Of a DNA stretch of 64,000 bases, positions 14,966 to 30,231 are shown piece after piece. Below the pieces are notes generated by a model, which ran no database searches, had not been told where the DNA came from, and saw nothing but the letters and a program-made list of their open reading frames with translations. This DNA is from Eledone cirrhosa (taxonomy: Eukaryota). Position 1 is the first letter of the stretch, and the number at the start of each line of letters is the position of its first letter. The stretch covers positions 260,834,001 to 260,898,000 of the forward strand of contig OZ024743.1 of NCBI GenBank assembly GCA_964016885.1, in the 5' to 3' direction. A program made the translations under genes and the position numbers.

Positions 14966-16055
14966 AAATCGCTGACCAGACAAGACTCAGCTCAGAAGAA
15001 TTCTGAGAAGTGTCTAATCAGTGCAGCAATCGTCATGGACATGACTGGTCAAAATAAACAACACAGCATTTGAACACTTGTGGGAAGTCATAACTCAAGA
15101 ATTACACTGACATGGCGAAATACAACACTTGTCTTGCTCTCTAGGTGGAAGACCGCCATAATCGGTAGAGCATTGAACGAAATCCCCTGCAGTAATCGTT
15201 TTAACTCTTTATGTTGTTAGATTTTCGGGAGCGGATTTAATCCGTAGCTCAGTTTATTACTGCAACCCTGGCCTTGAATGTTTTCATCAGAGTTCACACC
15301 TTTGCGGGCTTTCGAGCCAGGTTTCCGATTAAAAACCATCTTCCTCCCTTCCCCCTTTCCTTCCACTAGTCTTGGAGACCCTAGAAAAATAAAGTATCAT
15401 GGGCTCCGCCTTCCCTACTCCACACCCACCCCGCCTGACTAAATGATAAAAAAAAAAACAATCCGCGAATAATTCAATAGACTTAATCTCTTTCCATGTT
15501 TTCATGTTTAATCTCCATTTCATACACATTTATTATATATTTTTCAGGCATTTCCACATCCAGGAGAAAAATATGTTAATATACCTCTACTTATCTGGAC
15601 CTAATTAGTCAATTATAATTTTAACAGCTTTTTCGTGAATCGGCAGTCTATAAAACAGAGTATAGTTGAGAGTCGTTACGGTTTTATCATTGCCCGAAAG
15701 CCAAACTATTAATACGAATTCAACAATGACAAAGAAAAATGAAACGATACCTAGCAGGGATTTTTTTCTCTTATATTTATTTATCTTCAGAAAATTGGTT
15801 CAATGTATTATTAATTGAATGTTTTAAACTGAAATATCTGATTTCAACTAAAAGGTTTTATATATTTGTCCTTTGTTTTTATTACATTATTTATTTATTT
15901 ATTCTTTTCATTTATTTATTTAACTATTGATGATATTCATTCAGTTATTTGTCTTTTTTTTTTTTGTTTTTCGATTTTTTTTTTCTTGATTCACTTTATT
16001 ATCAACAGTTGTATTAAGCTAAGCAATTTTCGTTCCGTTAAATATATATTATGTA

Positions 16056-16141
<86 letters not shown>

Positions 16142-16147
16142 TGTGTG

Positions 16148-16247
<100 letters not shown>

Positions 16248-16659
16248 CATATATATATATATATCATATATATATATATATGTATGTATGTATATATGTA
16301 TGTATGTATATATGTATGTATATTATTGCTGCGTCAATGCGTTGGAATTTTAGATTGAAATACGCTTTTTATTGAATATTTATCAATTCCACACTTCTCA
16401 CCAGAGGCGCAAAAGAAATAATTTCATTGCGTTTATTCAGAAAAAAAACTTGAGACAAATGACTAAAAATTACATGATATTTCTATATATCTTTTGTGAA
16501 ATTTATTCCTAGTGTGTATTTGGTGTTTTCCTTTCTATAGCAGCCGATTTCTTCCTTTTCTCTTTCCTCCTATCCTTCACTAAGATTTCCATATCTCATA
16601 ACATCTTATTTAGACAGCATAATATTATACATACGTATACATATAGATATATATGCGTG

Positions 16660-16694
<35 letters not shown>

Positions 16695-16744
16695 ATACAT
16701 ATATATGTGTTTACACACATACGCAATACATATTTACATACATA

Positions 16745-16816
<72 letters not shown>

Positions 16817-16955
16817 TGTGTGTGTGTAAAAGGTAAATATATATATATATATGGGTTGTGGGTTTTTTCGTAAATTTAGAATGCATATTTAAGCATAGGC
16901 ACATATATGAACATGCATACATTCACACATGTGAATTATATTTGTATACAAATGC

Positions 16956-17000
<45 letters not shown>

Positions 17001-17033
17001 CATATATATATATATACACACATATCTATATAA

Positions 17034-17070
<37 letters not shown>

Positions 17071-17074
17071 CATA

Positions 17075-17116
<42 letters not shown>

Positions 17117-17151
17117 TATATAGATACATATATATATATACATATATATAT

Positions 17152-17216
<65 letters not shown>

Positions 17217-19079
17217 CACATATATATATATTTATATATATATGTATATTATATATTATATGAGTGTCTCTGTGTATATACATTTAAGTTTGTGTGTGTG
17301 CGCGCGTGTGTGTGTGCATGTGCGTGTATAAATGTGTGCGTGTATATTGGCTACCACACGAAAACTATCATGATTCTGTCGCGTTCGGAATTTTCGCTCC
17401 CAGTTGCACACATAGAAGATGAAGTTTAAAATACCAATATTAAAAAGTATATATTTAAAAAAATAGCAGCGAAAAAATAAGAAATCTATGGCGTGTCATG
17501 TGTGTGTGACAGATTAAAACATAGTGACATAGTGTACTAGAAAGAGAGGCTATGCTGGCCAGAGAACACATCCTATCTTTATTCTCTCGCTTTCTCTCTA
17601 TCTCTATCATCATCCTCAACGTTGCAATCGTCTTCCTTCTTGTCTTGTTACTGCTGTCGTTGTTGTTGTAGATGTTGTTGTCGCCGTCATCATTGTTGTT
17701 GATGTCGAAATGTTGGTCTTCTTGTTTAGTCCTCCTTGTCTTGCTTCAGATGTAATTCTCTCTCATTATGTTTCAGGTGGATTCTGATTCAGTAGGGATT
17801 TATTTCCTATTCCTGTCACTATCAAACATGGCTAACCAGGGACGCTGTTAAACCTGAGTGATGTCTTGTGGGTAACGAGAATGTATATGATTTCAAACAG
17901 CTATTTTTAGTGAGTAACTTTAGAAATTGAACAGAAATTAGAATATATCAGTCAGTGAAGAGAGGTGTAATTGTTTAACGAGTCAAAAGTCGAAGTGAGA
18001 AATCAATTTATAAGGGAAGTAAACGAGAAGATAATGTGAAGTAAACGAGAAGATATGGGATGAGGAAGTAAGAGGAACAAGGGAGAAGAGAAAGTAAGAA
18101 ACCATATTAAAAAACCTTTAGTAAAAACATATTCAGACGTCTATTTTTTATTTTATTTTTTTAATAGAGGTTAATACGTAATGGAACACAGTATCAAATA
18201 TGGCGCACGATAGCAGAAAATGTATATAATAACTGAAATTAAGACGTAGTATTTGACAAATTGAAGTCTGATTTGATAGAAAGGTGAATAGTAATACATA
18301 TAATATTAAATAGATACAGACAAATAGTCGACATAAACATAAAATAACAAGATAGCAATATATTAATGGCTGGCAGTGAAAGAAAATTGTAACTGACAAT
18401 AATTGTAGCTGATAAGTTGAAATAAAATATAATGACAGAAATATTGATAAAATGTATCTTGAAATGGCAGACAATAGAAAACAGGTGGAAGCAGCTGTAA
18501 AGATCTTGTGGAAAATATATTAAATCACAAATCCTACTTGTCTTCTATGTCTAAAAGGAACTTTATGAGCCAACCTTTAGAAAGAAACCTGAAGTGAATT
18601 GAAAAACAATTCCTATAGTCTTAGCAGATCCAAGTCTTTGGGAACAATTTAAGACAGTGCACTGGGAATGTGCCTTTTTTATAAGCCAACTTGATAAAAG
18701 TAACGAACATGTTTCGATCTTGTTAGATCTCCTTTGCGAAGCGTATTCATTTAGAAAGTTTGGCTAAACTATTCATTTAAAAACTTTGTCCTTCTGACTA
18801 TTGAATAATCAGAAGAACAGAGAAAAGGGGGAACTAATATTCTGGTTATGCGTATCAACTATGGCTCTGCACAAGTGTATACATATTGAGTCTTGCTACA
18901 AGGCCTACTCAGACTACATGCCCTTAAATTGTTCCAAAAGATTTGAGTTCGCTATGGATGTAAGAGTTCTTTTTTGCTTGCTTTCCTTGAACTGAAGACA
19001 GCAAGGGGATAGTCTCATTTGATTGGAGTATTCTCCGTCTCACCACATTGAGACAACGAGACTATTTGTAGATATACAT

Positions 19080-19220
19080 CTGTGTTTTCATGTGTGAACC
19101 AGTTTGTGAAATCAACGTGCAAGTAGCTGAGCATTACACAAGTACTTGCACCCTTAACATATTTCTCGGGGAGATTCAGCGTGTATAATAAGGCTGGCCC
19201 TTGTAATTATAGGCACAATT
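19080..19220 (+). mobile_element. SINE 3' fragment (related to 28430-28750 and 54615-54930)
   Basis: Shared motif aacgtgcaagt.gctgagca...ggggagattcagcgtg...aaggctggccct. Confidence 0.55.
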
Positions 19221-19422
19221 CATAGCTTTCTGATATTATTTCTCTAAATTCTAATCCAATTTTAGCATATTCCCTTCTCTTTTTCTATTGACGTTTCTTA
19301 GCGCTTTCTTTCGTCTTGACAAAGATCATAGTAGTTTATCAGGCATATATGAATATATATACACATCCGTGTGTTTGCCTGTCTGTATATATGTATGCAT
19401 GTATACAAAGCTGTTGATTTAG

Positions 19423-19462
<40 letters not shown>

Positions 19463-19500
19463 ACCTAAGCTTGTATGCATGTATGTATGTATGTGTGTAT

Positions 19501-20114
19501 GCAAGCATGTCAGGTCACCAGTTGGTGCTACTGGTAACATGTATCCCAGTACAACCTATCTCATGGTCAGGTCGTTGGCGACTAAACTGGCAACCCACCA
19601 AGGTTTCTTGGTGAGGAGGGTGACTTTGGACATCCTGCAGGACTAAAAACAAAACCTATCAAAAGGCAAAGGAGCTCTTAAGAGTCAATGGCCATCCAAA
19701 ATCACCGGGAGAAATGACCCCTTAGCTTTTGTCAAGGCAGAATTCTAGGAGAAGAAAAACTCTGATATAACACCTGCAACCCTGATGGTATCCAATGATG
19801 TTGACTTGTTCTTTTTGGTAAATATCATCTTGGTTAAGAGAGTGGGACTGGCTTTGTGCAGTGCTTTTGCTCACTATAAAAGCTTCACGGCACAGGCATT
19901 GCTTTATATCTGGAGATCTCTCTGCACTTGTCGTCACATGGTACCATAGGCCCAGCACTATGTGTCAATAATTGTCGCAAGTGTAGTGTTTGTACCAGAG
20001 TTTTCAAGTCGCTGGCTGGACTAAAAAGTCACACTCGTTCAGCGCATCGGTAGGGGTTCTCCTACATGGATATTAAGTAGTGGCCGTACACGAAAACGAG
20101 TTGGCAGACACCAT
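19501..20114 (+). mobile_element. Non-coding ~600-nt retroposon, family K, longest copy
   Basis: Five copies share the 3' end ...ggcag(c/a)caccatg(tatg)n and differ in 5' truncation. Confidence 0.75.
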
Positions 20115-20232
20115 GCAGGCATGTATGTAAGCATGCATGTCTGCATATATTTATGTACGATTGTGTGCATATGTGTATGTTTTTATATACATGCAGTTAA
20201 ATACATTTGGAAGTAATCAGATAGATAGATAT

Positions 20233-20613
20233 ATTTCTTTATTAGCCACAGGGGCACAAAAGAATAGGGACAAATACAAAGGGGGAAGTTTACATACAAT
20301 AAAAACGTGTAAAATGTTATCACAGATGGAATTTAAAAGTTAGTCGATTTTCCCCAATAGAGGGAGACAGTTTATATGGGTAACACAGACCCCCGAAAAA
20401 AATGTGCAACCCTCATCTCCAGGAGTACGAAGAGCTTGTACTCCTTTCCTCTCCTCCTCCTTTTCCTCAATCTACAGGCTGATATAGAGAGAAGGCCCAT
20501 TCACTCGGGCCATTCTCGCCACTTTCACCCACTTTCATAAAACTTGCTGGGGTACAGCACCTTTCTCTCCATCCTGATTCTTCTTCCAAAGTGGTATTTG
20601 AAAAAAAGAATCA
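20233..20613 (-). mobile_element. Tx1/L1-like LINE 3' fragment
   Basis: FFKYHFGRRIRME..LYPSKF, 3'UTR, aataaagaaat(ctat)n. Confidence 0.85.
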
Positions 20614-20620
20614 GATAGAC

Positions 20621-20702
<82 letters not shown>

Positions 20703-20704
<2 letters not shown>

Positions 20705-22945
20705 TTCTTTATTAGCCACAAGGGCGCACAAGAAAAGGGAACAATACAAAGACATGCCGGGGATTTTACATACAGTCGTGTAAAAAATATAAAAACAAAC
20801 AATTACAACAATCGAAATCCCCAATAGGGGGGAGGCGCCACAAATGGGTTGTTTAATACCCCGTCGATAGAACAACCCTCAACTCCAGGAGCGTGTTGTG
20901 CAAGTGCTCCTTTCTTCCTTTTGCTCTCTTCCTCAACCTACAGGCTTATAAACAGAGAAGGCCCAATTATTCGGGCCATTTTAGCTTCATTCACCCACCT
21001 CTCAGTAAATTTACTGGGGTGCAGTGCCTCTCTCTCCACTCTGATTCTCCTTCTAAAGTGATACTTAAAGAAAGGAATCAATTGTTGTCCGGAGAGAAAG
21101 GCATCTGTCCTCAGTCCTCTCAATCTTGTCCACCATATAACCTCTTTCACCATAGCCACTGTACAGAGGAAAACCGCCTCTCTTTCGTTTTTGAAAGAGG
21201 CTGGCAGTTTGATCCTTACTATGGACTCGGCAGTCAACTGGATTTGTCCCATACGCGACAACAGTTGTTCTGCATAGTTCCACAAGTCGGTTATGCCCGG
21301 GCAGTGTACAATTGCGTGCAGGACGGTTTCAATATCCTGCGCGCATCTTGGACACGTCCTCTTGGAAGCATCCCTGCCGGGGCGTCCGTGCCTGTAGATC
21401 TTGTCTCAAACGGGTAGAGCTCCTCGGAAGCACTGCCAGGCCAGGGACCTCTGGAAGTTGTCCATAGGTCCCGGGCGGAAAGTCCTACCAAACAGACTGG
21501 TGAGCTTATCGTCTTCGACGCCCAGAGTCTCTCCGAGCACGTTCGCCCTTGTCACGTACAATCCCTCTATAGAATGTCGAAGTGGAGTCTCCACTGATTG
21601 CTGTGCCCGCTTGCCAGAGCACTGTGAGCGCCTGAGCGCATTCAATGTGCCAGGCGCCCATCATTTTCGGTCTTTTCTTCACCCAGGACTGCAGCTCCGT
21701 CAGCGAGACGAGCTGCGGGAAAGCCTGTCTCACAAACGGTGCCCACACCAGTTAGGAGTCGGTGAGGAATACCTGGAGATGCCGCAGCCTCAGCGCATGT
21801 TTGCGCATCATCAGCCACGGCATTCCCAGCCCTCCGTTGGAAGGGTGCTGACAGCAGGCGGATCTCCTCACCAGCGGAGCCTGCTTCTTCCACAGAAACT
21901 GGAAGAGCATGCGTTCCATCTTGGCGAGGTGTTCACGGGGACAAGGCACGACAGTCAAGCGGTAGTAGATGACGGACGCTATGAAAGTGTTCGCCACCTC
22001 CGCTCGACTTTCAAGGACAGTTTGCACTCTGCCCACTTCTGGGTGAGTACAAACACCTTGGCCGTGACCTCATTCCAGTTTTTCTCCACCTGGAGGTCTG
22101 GACCGAACCAGACCCCGAGCAATTTCACCGGTCCGTCCGTCCAGCGTCCAACGACGCTGTCGGACGTCATCGGTTTGCCTCTCTACGTACCGAGTTGCAA
22201 ATCAACAGACTTGTCTGGGTTTAGTTTTGCTCCCGTCAGCGTTTCCTATTCTTTCAGTAAGTTGCCGATCACCCCGATTTCCGAGGTGCTCGACACCATT
22301 ACCGTCATGTCGTCGGCATAATCCGACGCCTCTTTGCGCAGTCCCGGTTCTAGAGGGATGCCCTGCAACAGCTCCAATTTCCGCAGTAGTAGCTCTAGAG
22401 TTAATACATACAGAATGGAGGAGAGAGGGCGTTTCTGTCGAATGGAACGCGTGATTGCGAACGGCTCCGATAGGTAGCCGTTCACCTTAACCCTCGAGCA
22501 GATGCTGGTGTGCATCGCCTCGATCCAGCCTCTGAAAACGGGACCGAAACCGGCCGCCTTAAGAACCGCTTCCAAGTATCGATGGTCGACCCTATCAAAT
22601 GCCTTAGACTGATCCAAATTGATCAGAGCCCCACCGAAGCCGGCTTTACTACCCACCTTCTCTATGATGTATCGCATGGGGTGGAGGTTGTTGTGTATGG
22701 ACCTGGTTGGAATCGCGCATGCTTGCGCTTTCCCTACCAAGTTCTCGACGACAAGTGCCAACCTCGTCGCTAGCACCTTGGCTAAAATCTTTAACTCTGC
22801 GTTGAGCAGAGTTATGGGCCTGAAGTTGTTAATTTCGTCCCCCTTGTTCTCGTCTTTCCTGGTCAGCGTTAGTACGCCCTTGCCTGCAGTACTGGGAATT
22901 CTCCCGTCCTGCTGCCAATTGCAGTAGACGGCTTCGTGGAGACCG
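20703..22945 (-). mobile_element. 5'-truncated Tx1/L1-like LINE (RT + zf-RVT), frameshifted
   Basis: RPITLLNAE.KI, LINLDQSKAFDRV, SIRQ..PLS, YADD, RGALPV; bounded by (GATA)n on both sides. Confidence 0.92.
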
Positions 22946-22965
22946 ATAGATAGATAGATAGATAT

Positions 22966-23182
22966 ATTTCTTTATTAGCCACAGGGGCACAAAAGAAGGG
23001 GACAAATACAAAGGGGGAAGTTTACATACAATAAAAACGTGTAAAATGTTATCACAGATGGAATTTAAAAGTTAGTCGATTTTCCCCAATAGAGGGAGAC
23101 AGTTTATATGGGTAACACATACCCCCGAAAAAAAATGTGCAACCCTCATCTCCAGGAGTACGAAGAGCTTGTACTCCTTTCC

Positions 23183-23183
<1 letters not shown>
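22966..23183 (-). mobile_element. Tx1/L1-like LINE 3'UTR-only copy
   Basis: Near-identical to 20233-20450; bounded by (GATA)n. Confidence 0.85.
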
Positions 23184-23277
<94 letters not shown>

Positions 23278-26200
23278 ATTTCTTTATTAGCACAAAAGAA
23301 GGGGACAAATACAAATGGGGAGTTTACATACAGGTATATGAAAATAAAACTATTAATACAATAACAAATAACAATTGAAATCCCCAATAGGGGGGGGTAC
23401 ACAGGGGTTGTACACACCCCGAAAAAATGTACAACCCTCATCTCCAGGAGCACCAAGAGTGAGTACTCCCTTCCTCTCTTCCTCTTTTTCCTCAACCTGC
23501 AGGCTTATATAGAGAGAAGGCCCAGCTACTCGGGCCATCTTTGCCACATTCACCCACCTTTTATAAAATTTGCTGGGGTACAGCACCTCACTCTCCATCC
23601 TGATTCTTCTTCCAAAATGATATTTGAAAAAACGAATCAGTTGCTCGCCGGAGAGAAAGGTGTCTGACCTCAACCCTTTTAACCTCGTCCACCATATAAC
23701 CTCTTTCACCATAGCCATAATACATAGGAAAACCGCCTCTCCCTCGTTTTTGAAGGAGGGTGGCGGTTTGATCATGACAATGGACTCGGTGGTTAACTGG
23801 ATTGGTCCCACCCGCGATAATAGTCGTTCTACATAGCCCCACATGTCGGTAACGCCCGGGCAGTGTACAAATGCGTGCGCGACGAGGAAACCGTCGCGCA
23901 CGCATCTCGGACAGATGTTTTTCGAAGGCTCCCTGCCCGGTCGCCCGTGTCTGTAGAGCTTGTCTCGAACTGATAGAGCTCCTCGGTAGCACTGCCAGGC
24001 CAGGGACTTTTGGAAGTTGTCCATTGGTCCCGGGCGGAAGGTCCTACCGAACAGACTGGCCAGTTCGTCCTCCTCTACGCCTAGAGTTTCTCCGAGCGTG
24101 TCGTCGCACTTGCTGCTGACCAACCCTATATAGAATGTCGAAGTGGAGTCTCCACTGATCGCCGGGTCCGTTTGCCAGAGGACTGTGAGCGCCTGAGCAC
24201 ATTCGATGTGCCAGTCGCCCATTTCCTCGGTCTTTTCTTGACCCAGGACTGCAGCTCGGTCAGCGAGACGAGTTGTGGGAAGGCTCGCCTCACCGGTTGT
24301 CCGGTGAGGAATACGTGGAGGTGCCGCAGCTGAGTGCGTGTTTTCGCATCGTCAGGCACGGCATCCCCAGCCCTCCGTTTGAAGAGTGTTGGCAGCAGAT
24401 GGATTTTCTCACCAAAGGAGCCCGTTTCTTCCAAAGGAATTGGAAGAGCGCGCGCTCCATTTTGGCGAGCGTTTTGGCTGGACAAGACACGACAGTCCGC
24501 TCGACCTTTCAAGGATAGTTTGCACTCGGCCCACTTCTGGGTGAGCGCAAACACCTTGGCCGTCACCTCGTTCCAGTTCTTCCGGACCAAACCAGACCCC
24601 GAGCAGCTTTACCGGTCCTTCCGTCCAGCGTCCGACGACGCCACCGGAAGGCATTGGTTTGCCTCTCCACGTTCCGAGTTGCAAACCGACGGATTTGTCC
24701 CGGTTCAGCTTCGCTCCTGTGAACCTTTTGTATTCCTCCAGTAAGGTGCCGACCTCCCCGATTTGCGAGGTGCTCGACACCATTACTGTTACGTCGTCGG
24801 CGTAGGCCGACGCCGCTTTTCGCAGTCCCGGTTCCAAAGGGAGGCCCTGCAATAGCTCCAACTTCCGCAGTAGTGGCTCGAGAGTCAGTACGTACAGAAG
24901 GAAGGAGAGAGGGCATCTCTGTCGGATGGATCGCGTGATATGGAACGGTTCCGATAGGTAGCCGTTCACCTTGACCCTTGAGCAGATGTTGTTGCTGTGC
25001 ATTGCAGCAATCCAGCCCTGAACACGGGTCCGAAGCCTGCCGTCTTGAGCACCGCATCCAGGTAACGACAGTCAGCCCTATCGAAAGCCTTAGACTGATC
25101 CAAGTTGATCAGGGCCCCCCTGAAGCCGGGTTTACACCCTACCCTCTCTATGATGTATCGCATGAGGTGGAAGTTGTCGTGTATGGACCTGGTCGGGATT
25201 GCGCTTGTCTGCGCTTCTCCCACCAGGTTTTCGACGACAAGCGCCAGCCTCTTTGCCAACACCTTGGCCAAAATCTGTAACTCTGTGTTTAGCAGAGTTA
25301 TGGGCCGGAAGTTGCCTATGTCATCCCCCTTATTTTAGTCCTTCCTGACTAACGTGACTACGCCCTTGGTCACAGAACTGGGAATTCTCCCGTTCTGCTG
25401 ACCGCTTCCAGGAGACCGGAGAACAAGTCCGGCATTGCTACGAAAAATTCGTAGGGTCGACCGTCGAGACCGCATTGGCTCAGTGCGTCCCCTATCTCAG
25501 CGGCCGAAATCTGCCTTTCGCAAAACTTCGCCTCGCTGTCCGAGAATCGCGGTAGGCCGTCGAGGTATGGACCGAAATCCATAGCCCCTCCCGGCGCGCT
25601 GCTCTGTCCGAACAGTTGAGCAAAGTGCCGCTGAAAGGCCGCGCACATCTGCTTCGGCTCACGTATCACGCGTCCGTCTTGGTCCTTCAAAGACCGAATC
25701 GTGGACTTGTTGCCACTTTTCGCCTCCTTCACTCGGGCCCAGCTAACAGCTTTGGCTCCCTCGTTTCCCAGAGCACGTATTTTGCTTCTGACAACGCAGC
25801 CTTCATGCTTTGCGTCGAAGAACTGGTCCAAAGCCGTTCTAGTCACTAGCACGCTGGCTACATTGCCACTCCTAAGTGCCTCTTCTACTTTATCTACCAG
25901 TTCCTTTTTTGGTTTTAGTTCTATCTAACACTAATTCTTTACTAAAACCTATCGAGTCTAATCTAACTGCCCTCTTGAGAGAGTACTACCATCCGTTGTT
26001 GACAATGGCCCCCGTCAAGTGCTGCTTAACTAAAGTGCTAATCCGTCTACTGTAGGCTTTGCATGTCGGTAACGACAAGTTCAGCTTCCAGTAGCCGGGT
26101 CCCTGTCTATGAGTTTTGTCAAGGTTGACTAAGCAGGTCACTAATTTGTGATCTTAATAGGCAACCATGAATATTTGTGGACAGCTTAACATGTCCCTAT

Positions 26201-26320
26201 CCTTTTTCTAACTAGAAACCTATCTAGGTACGATCTAGATGTTCCGCTGCGATTAGTCCACGTCCACAATGGCACAGTCGGAAAATCTAGTCGATATCTA
26301 TCGGCCAGGTCAAATCGGCA
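23278..26320 (-). mobile_element. Longest Tx1/L1-like LINE copy (end of APE endonuclease, RT, zf-RVT), disrupted
   Basis: WTWTNRSGTSRSYLDRFLV, DH, GPGYWKLN, LDQSKAFDR, YADD, CPRC..HAFVHC. Confidence 0.93.
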
Positions 26321-26389
26321 GAAGATAGATAGATAGATAGACATGTGTGTGGATTGATGGATGGATTATATATATGTGTGTGTGCGTGT

Positions 26390-26531
<142 letters not shown>

Positions 26532-27087
26532 GTGTGTTCATTCAATGCTAGGGTTTGATTATTTCCGGGAAATTTAGCTACGATTTCTACATCCTAACTT
26601 ATAGGCTCGCATATTGACTTGTCACGTACTGTTTCCAATAGACTGTTATCCTATCCAGGGGAAGGTTTATCTCTCAACTATCTCAAGCTATGAATATGAA
26701 AACAACTCTCAATAATTTATTGAGATACATCTATAAGAGCAAGATAACAAAATCTTTAATTTCTACACACGGATTCCGTTGAAATATCCTATGAAATATA
26801 TACGAGACAGGAACGGTTTTCTATTTTTACAATTTTCTCATGAATATCTTCTATAAATAAATAAAAACATTCAATGTCGTTGCTGATTCTGGCTGATTCA
26901 TTAGAATTTGTTAAGCATGTTATAACTTGGCTAGAAACTGGCTTAAATTTCACCGAATGTTTCCTTCTCAAATATTGAATATTGAAACATAGAATTTTCA
27001 TAAAATTGAAAACATCTCCATTGCAGCTGTTACACGTCTCAACATAGGTGTATGAGTATGTGTATGTGTGTGAGAGAGTGCGTGTGT

Positions 27088-27179
<92 letters not shown>

Positions 27180-27489
27180 CTAGTCTGTTCGTCAATGTGT
27201 AAGCGCTACTGTGATTTCATGTATGAGTATCTGTAAATTATGCGCGTGTGTGTGTGTGTGTGTGTGTGAAAGTGTGTGCTATAAGTATATGCCAATGCAG
27301 CTTTCTGTGTGACGAGGTGTATGTATGAAGTACTGCGGATAAATACACATTCGAATGTGTGGGTAGGTGTATTGCATGTAAGTACACGAATGTATATATG
27401 CATGTGTGTGTTTGTGGGTATAAATCTGAATATGTGAACATGTATGCTTGTATATATGTTTAAAGGAACGGACATATGTATGAGAATGC

Positions 27490-27880
27490 ATTGGCGAGTG
27501 TATGTGTATATGTGAGTGAATTTGTGTGTCTGTATATACATGTGTGTATGTATGTATGTATGTATGTACATATGTATGTATGTATGTATGTATGTGTGAG
27601 TATGTATGTATGTATTTGTGTATGTACGTATGTATGTATGTATGTACGTATGTGTGTATGTGTGTATGTATGTACGAGTGTGTGTGTATGTATGTACGAG
27701 TGTGTGTATGTGTGTGTGTATGTATGTGTGTGCGTGTGTATGTATGCATGTGTGAGTATGTATGTATGTATGTATGTGTGTATGTACGTACGCATGTATG
27801 TATGTACGTATGTGTGTATGCATCTATGTATGTATGTACGAATGTGTGTATGTGTGTATGTGTGTATGTGTGTATGTATA
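27490..27880. repeat. Compound (TATG/TG)n microsatellite
   Basis: Low-complexity tract. Confidence 0.85.
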
Positions 27881-28164
27881 TCAACGTGTTTATATGCATG
27901 TGCTTGTCTGTTATATATGTTTACATATTCATGTGCATGTTCTGTTTATGTCTCCTCCAATCTTCCTTCTGTTCATTAATAATCTCGCTGTTCTAACCAC
28001 GTATACTTCTACTCGCTCGTCTTCTTACCTTTCTCCATTCAGGCGTCATCTAGACGCCACAGAGACAGCTCCCCTCAAACTTCCACTGTTTCCATGAACA
28101 TACACTTAGAAATACCCTCCTCCAATGTGGACATGACAACCTGCTCTCCTTTAGCACTACTTAT

Positions 28165-28237
<73 letters not shown>

Positions 28238-28260
28238 CACATACACACATACACACACAC

Positions 28261-28326
<66 letters not shown>

Positions 28327-28429
28327 GCACACACAACAAACACGCACATACATGTACACTCACTAACTCACTAAATATATCACTGAAACTGTTATGCAAT
28401 ATATTACACCTACCCTGACCAAATGATCT

Positions 28430-28750
28430 AACGGGTGGAACTCCGTCGGTTTCGATGATGAGTGTTCTAGTTGTTTGATCAACGGAACAGTCTGCTCATG
28501 AAATAAGCAGTATGGAGATCATTCCACAAACACGCGTATCCTTATCGCAATTCTGGGGGAGTTTCAGTGTGACAAACGCTGAACCTTTGAATTACAAGTA
28601 CAGTCCCATCCAACGGGCTTCCAAACAGTTTCCGTCTTCCAATTTACACTCACAGAGCATGGACGACCCGAGGCTATAGTAAATGACCCCCAAGATGCCA
28701 ACCCCAGAATCTAATAATTACGAAACGTACTTCTTAACTATTCGGCCATA
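28430..28750 (-). mobile_element. Old tRNA-derived SINE (CORE-like family)
   Basis: Reverse complement begins tggccgaatagttaagaagt (A-box); similar to 54615-54930. Confidence 0.55.
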
Positions 28751-29100
28751 TTGCATCCATACATCTACCCTACACATGAATAATACTCAACTGAAATACG
28801 AAAAGCAGAATCTATAATCAATCAGATCAACAAACGACTCAAGAGGTGTCATCTGTCATCATTCAGATCGATAAAGGTATGGAATTTTTCTGGAAGAATA
28901 CAAAGCGATGAGTGGGATACAGGCAGTCACCACGTAACCATCGGCCCGAGTTCATCAGATAGCATTCAGAGATATAGTCAAGCAACTTCTAAAATATATG
29001 GATATGAAGGCTGGCATACAGCCTGTTCACATCTAGCTGGCCGGCCTCCGTATAAATGTATATATATATGTATATATATATATTTATTTAGGTTTCTTGG

Positions 29101-29423
<323 letters not shown>

Positions 29424-29429
<6 letters not shown>

Positions 29430-29600
29430 ATAATTTGGGGGATCATACTGCCAATAAAAACACATGGACCTGTTGGTTTCACTTTATTTTATCATAAACT
29501 TTCAACATTAAAATAAGTTAGTTTAATAATCGGATGGTTGTTTATTTGTTCATCGTCAAAGGCCTTTCGTCACACATTATGTGATCTCCTCAGTGACTAA
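29424..29600 (-). mobile_element. Divergent family A pLTR with an HHR at 29555-29598
   Basis: Reverse complement reads gtca CTGAGGA gatcaca taatg tgtgac GAAA ggcc TT tgac; palindromic GGCC loop. Confidence 0.75.
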
Positions 29601-29914
29601 TTTGTTATTTTGTTCTGTCCTACACCATATACACACATATACATACACATATATACACACATACCCATATACACACTTTTAAACATATACACATTTAAAC
29701 ACACACATATAAATACAGACACATACATACACACACATACGCACACATATATACACGCACGTTCACATACATATACACACACATATACACACACATAAAC
29801 ACATACACACATATACATACACATATATACACACACATACACATACACACACATATATAAACACACATGCACATACATACACACACATACACACACACAT
29901 ACACACATACATAT

Positions 29915-29957
<43 letters not shown>

Positions 29958-30231
29958 TATATATATACGCACATAAACATATGCACACACACATATATAC
30001 ACACATACATATACATACACAAATATAGACACAGATATATACATATACATACACAGATATATTCATATACACACACATAAACACATACACACACACATAT
30101 AAATACACACATACACATATATACATACATACATACATACATACATACATACATACATACATACATACATACATACATACATACATACATACACACATAC
30201 ACACATAGATACATACATACATACATACATA

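Noticed and set aside
17777-17871. Exon-like segment (polypyrimidine-CAG ... GG|GTAAC)
   Set aside because: Stops in all three frames and no partner exons; at most a non-coding exon, unsupported.
19510-19620. HDV-like ribozyme at the family K 5' end
   Set aside because: Could not build the nested double pseudoknot by eye.
21401-22321. 306-aa plus-strand ORF
   Set aside because: Antisense shadow of the GC-rich LINE ORF2.
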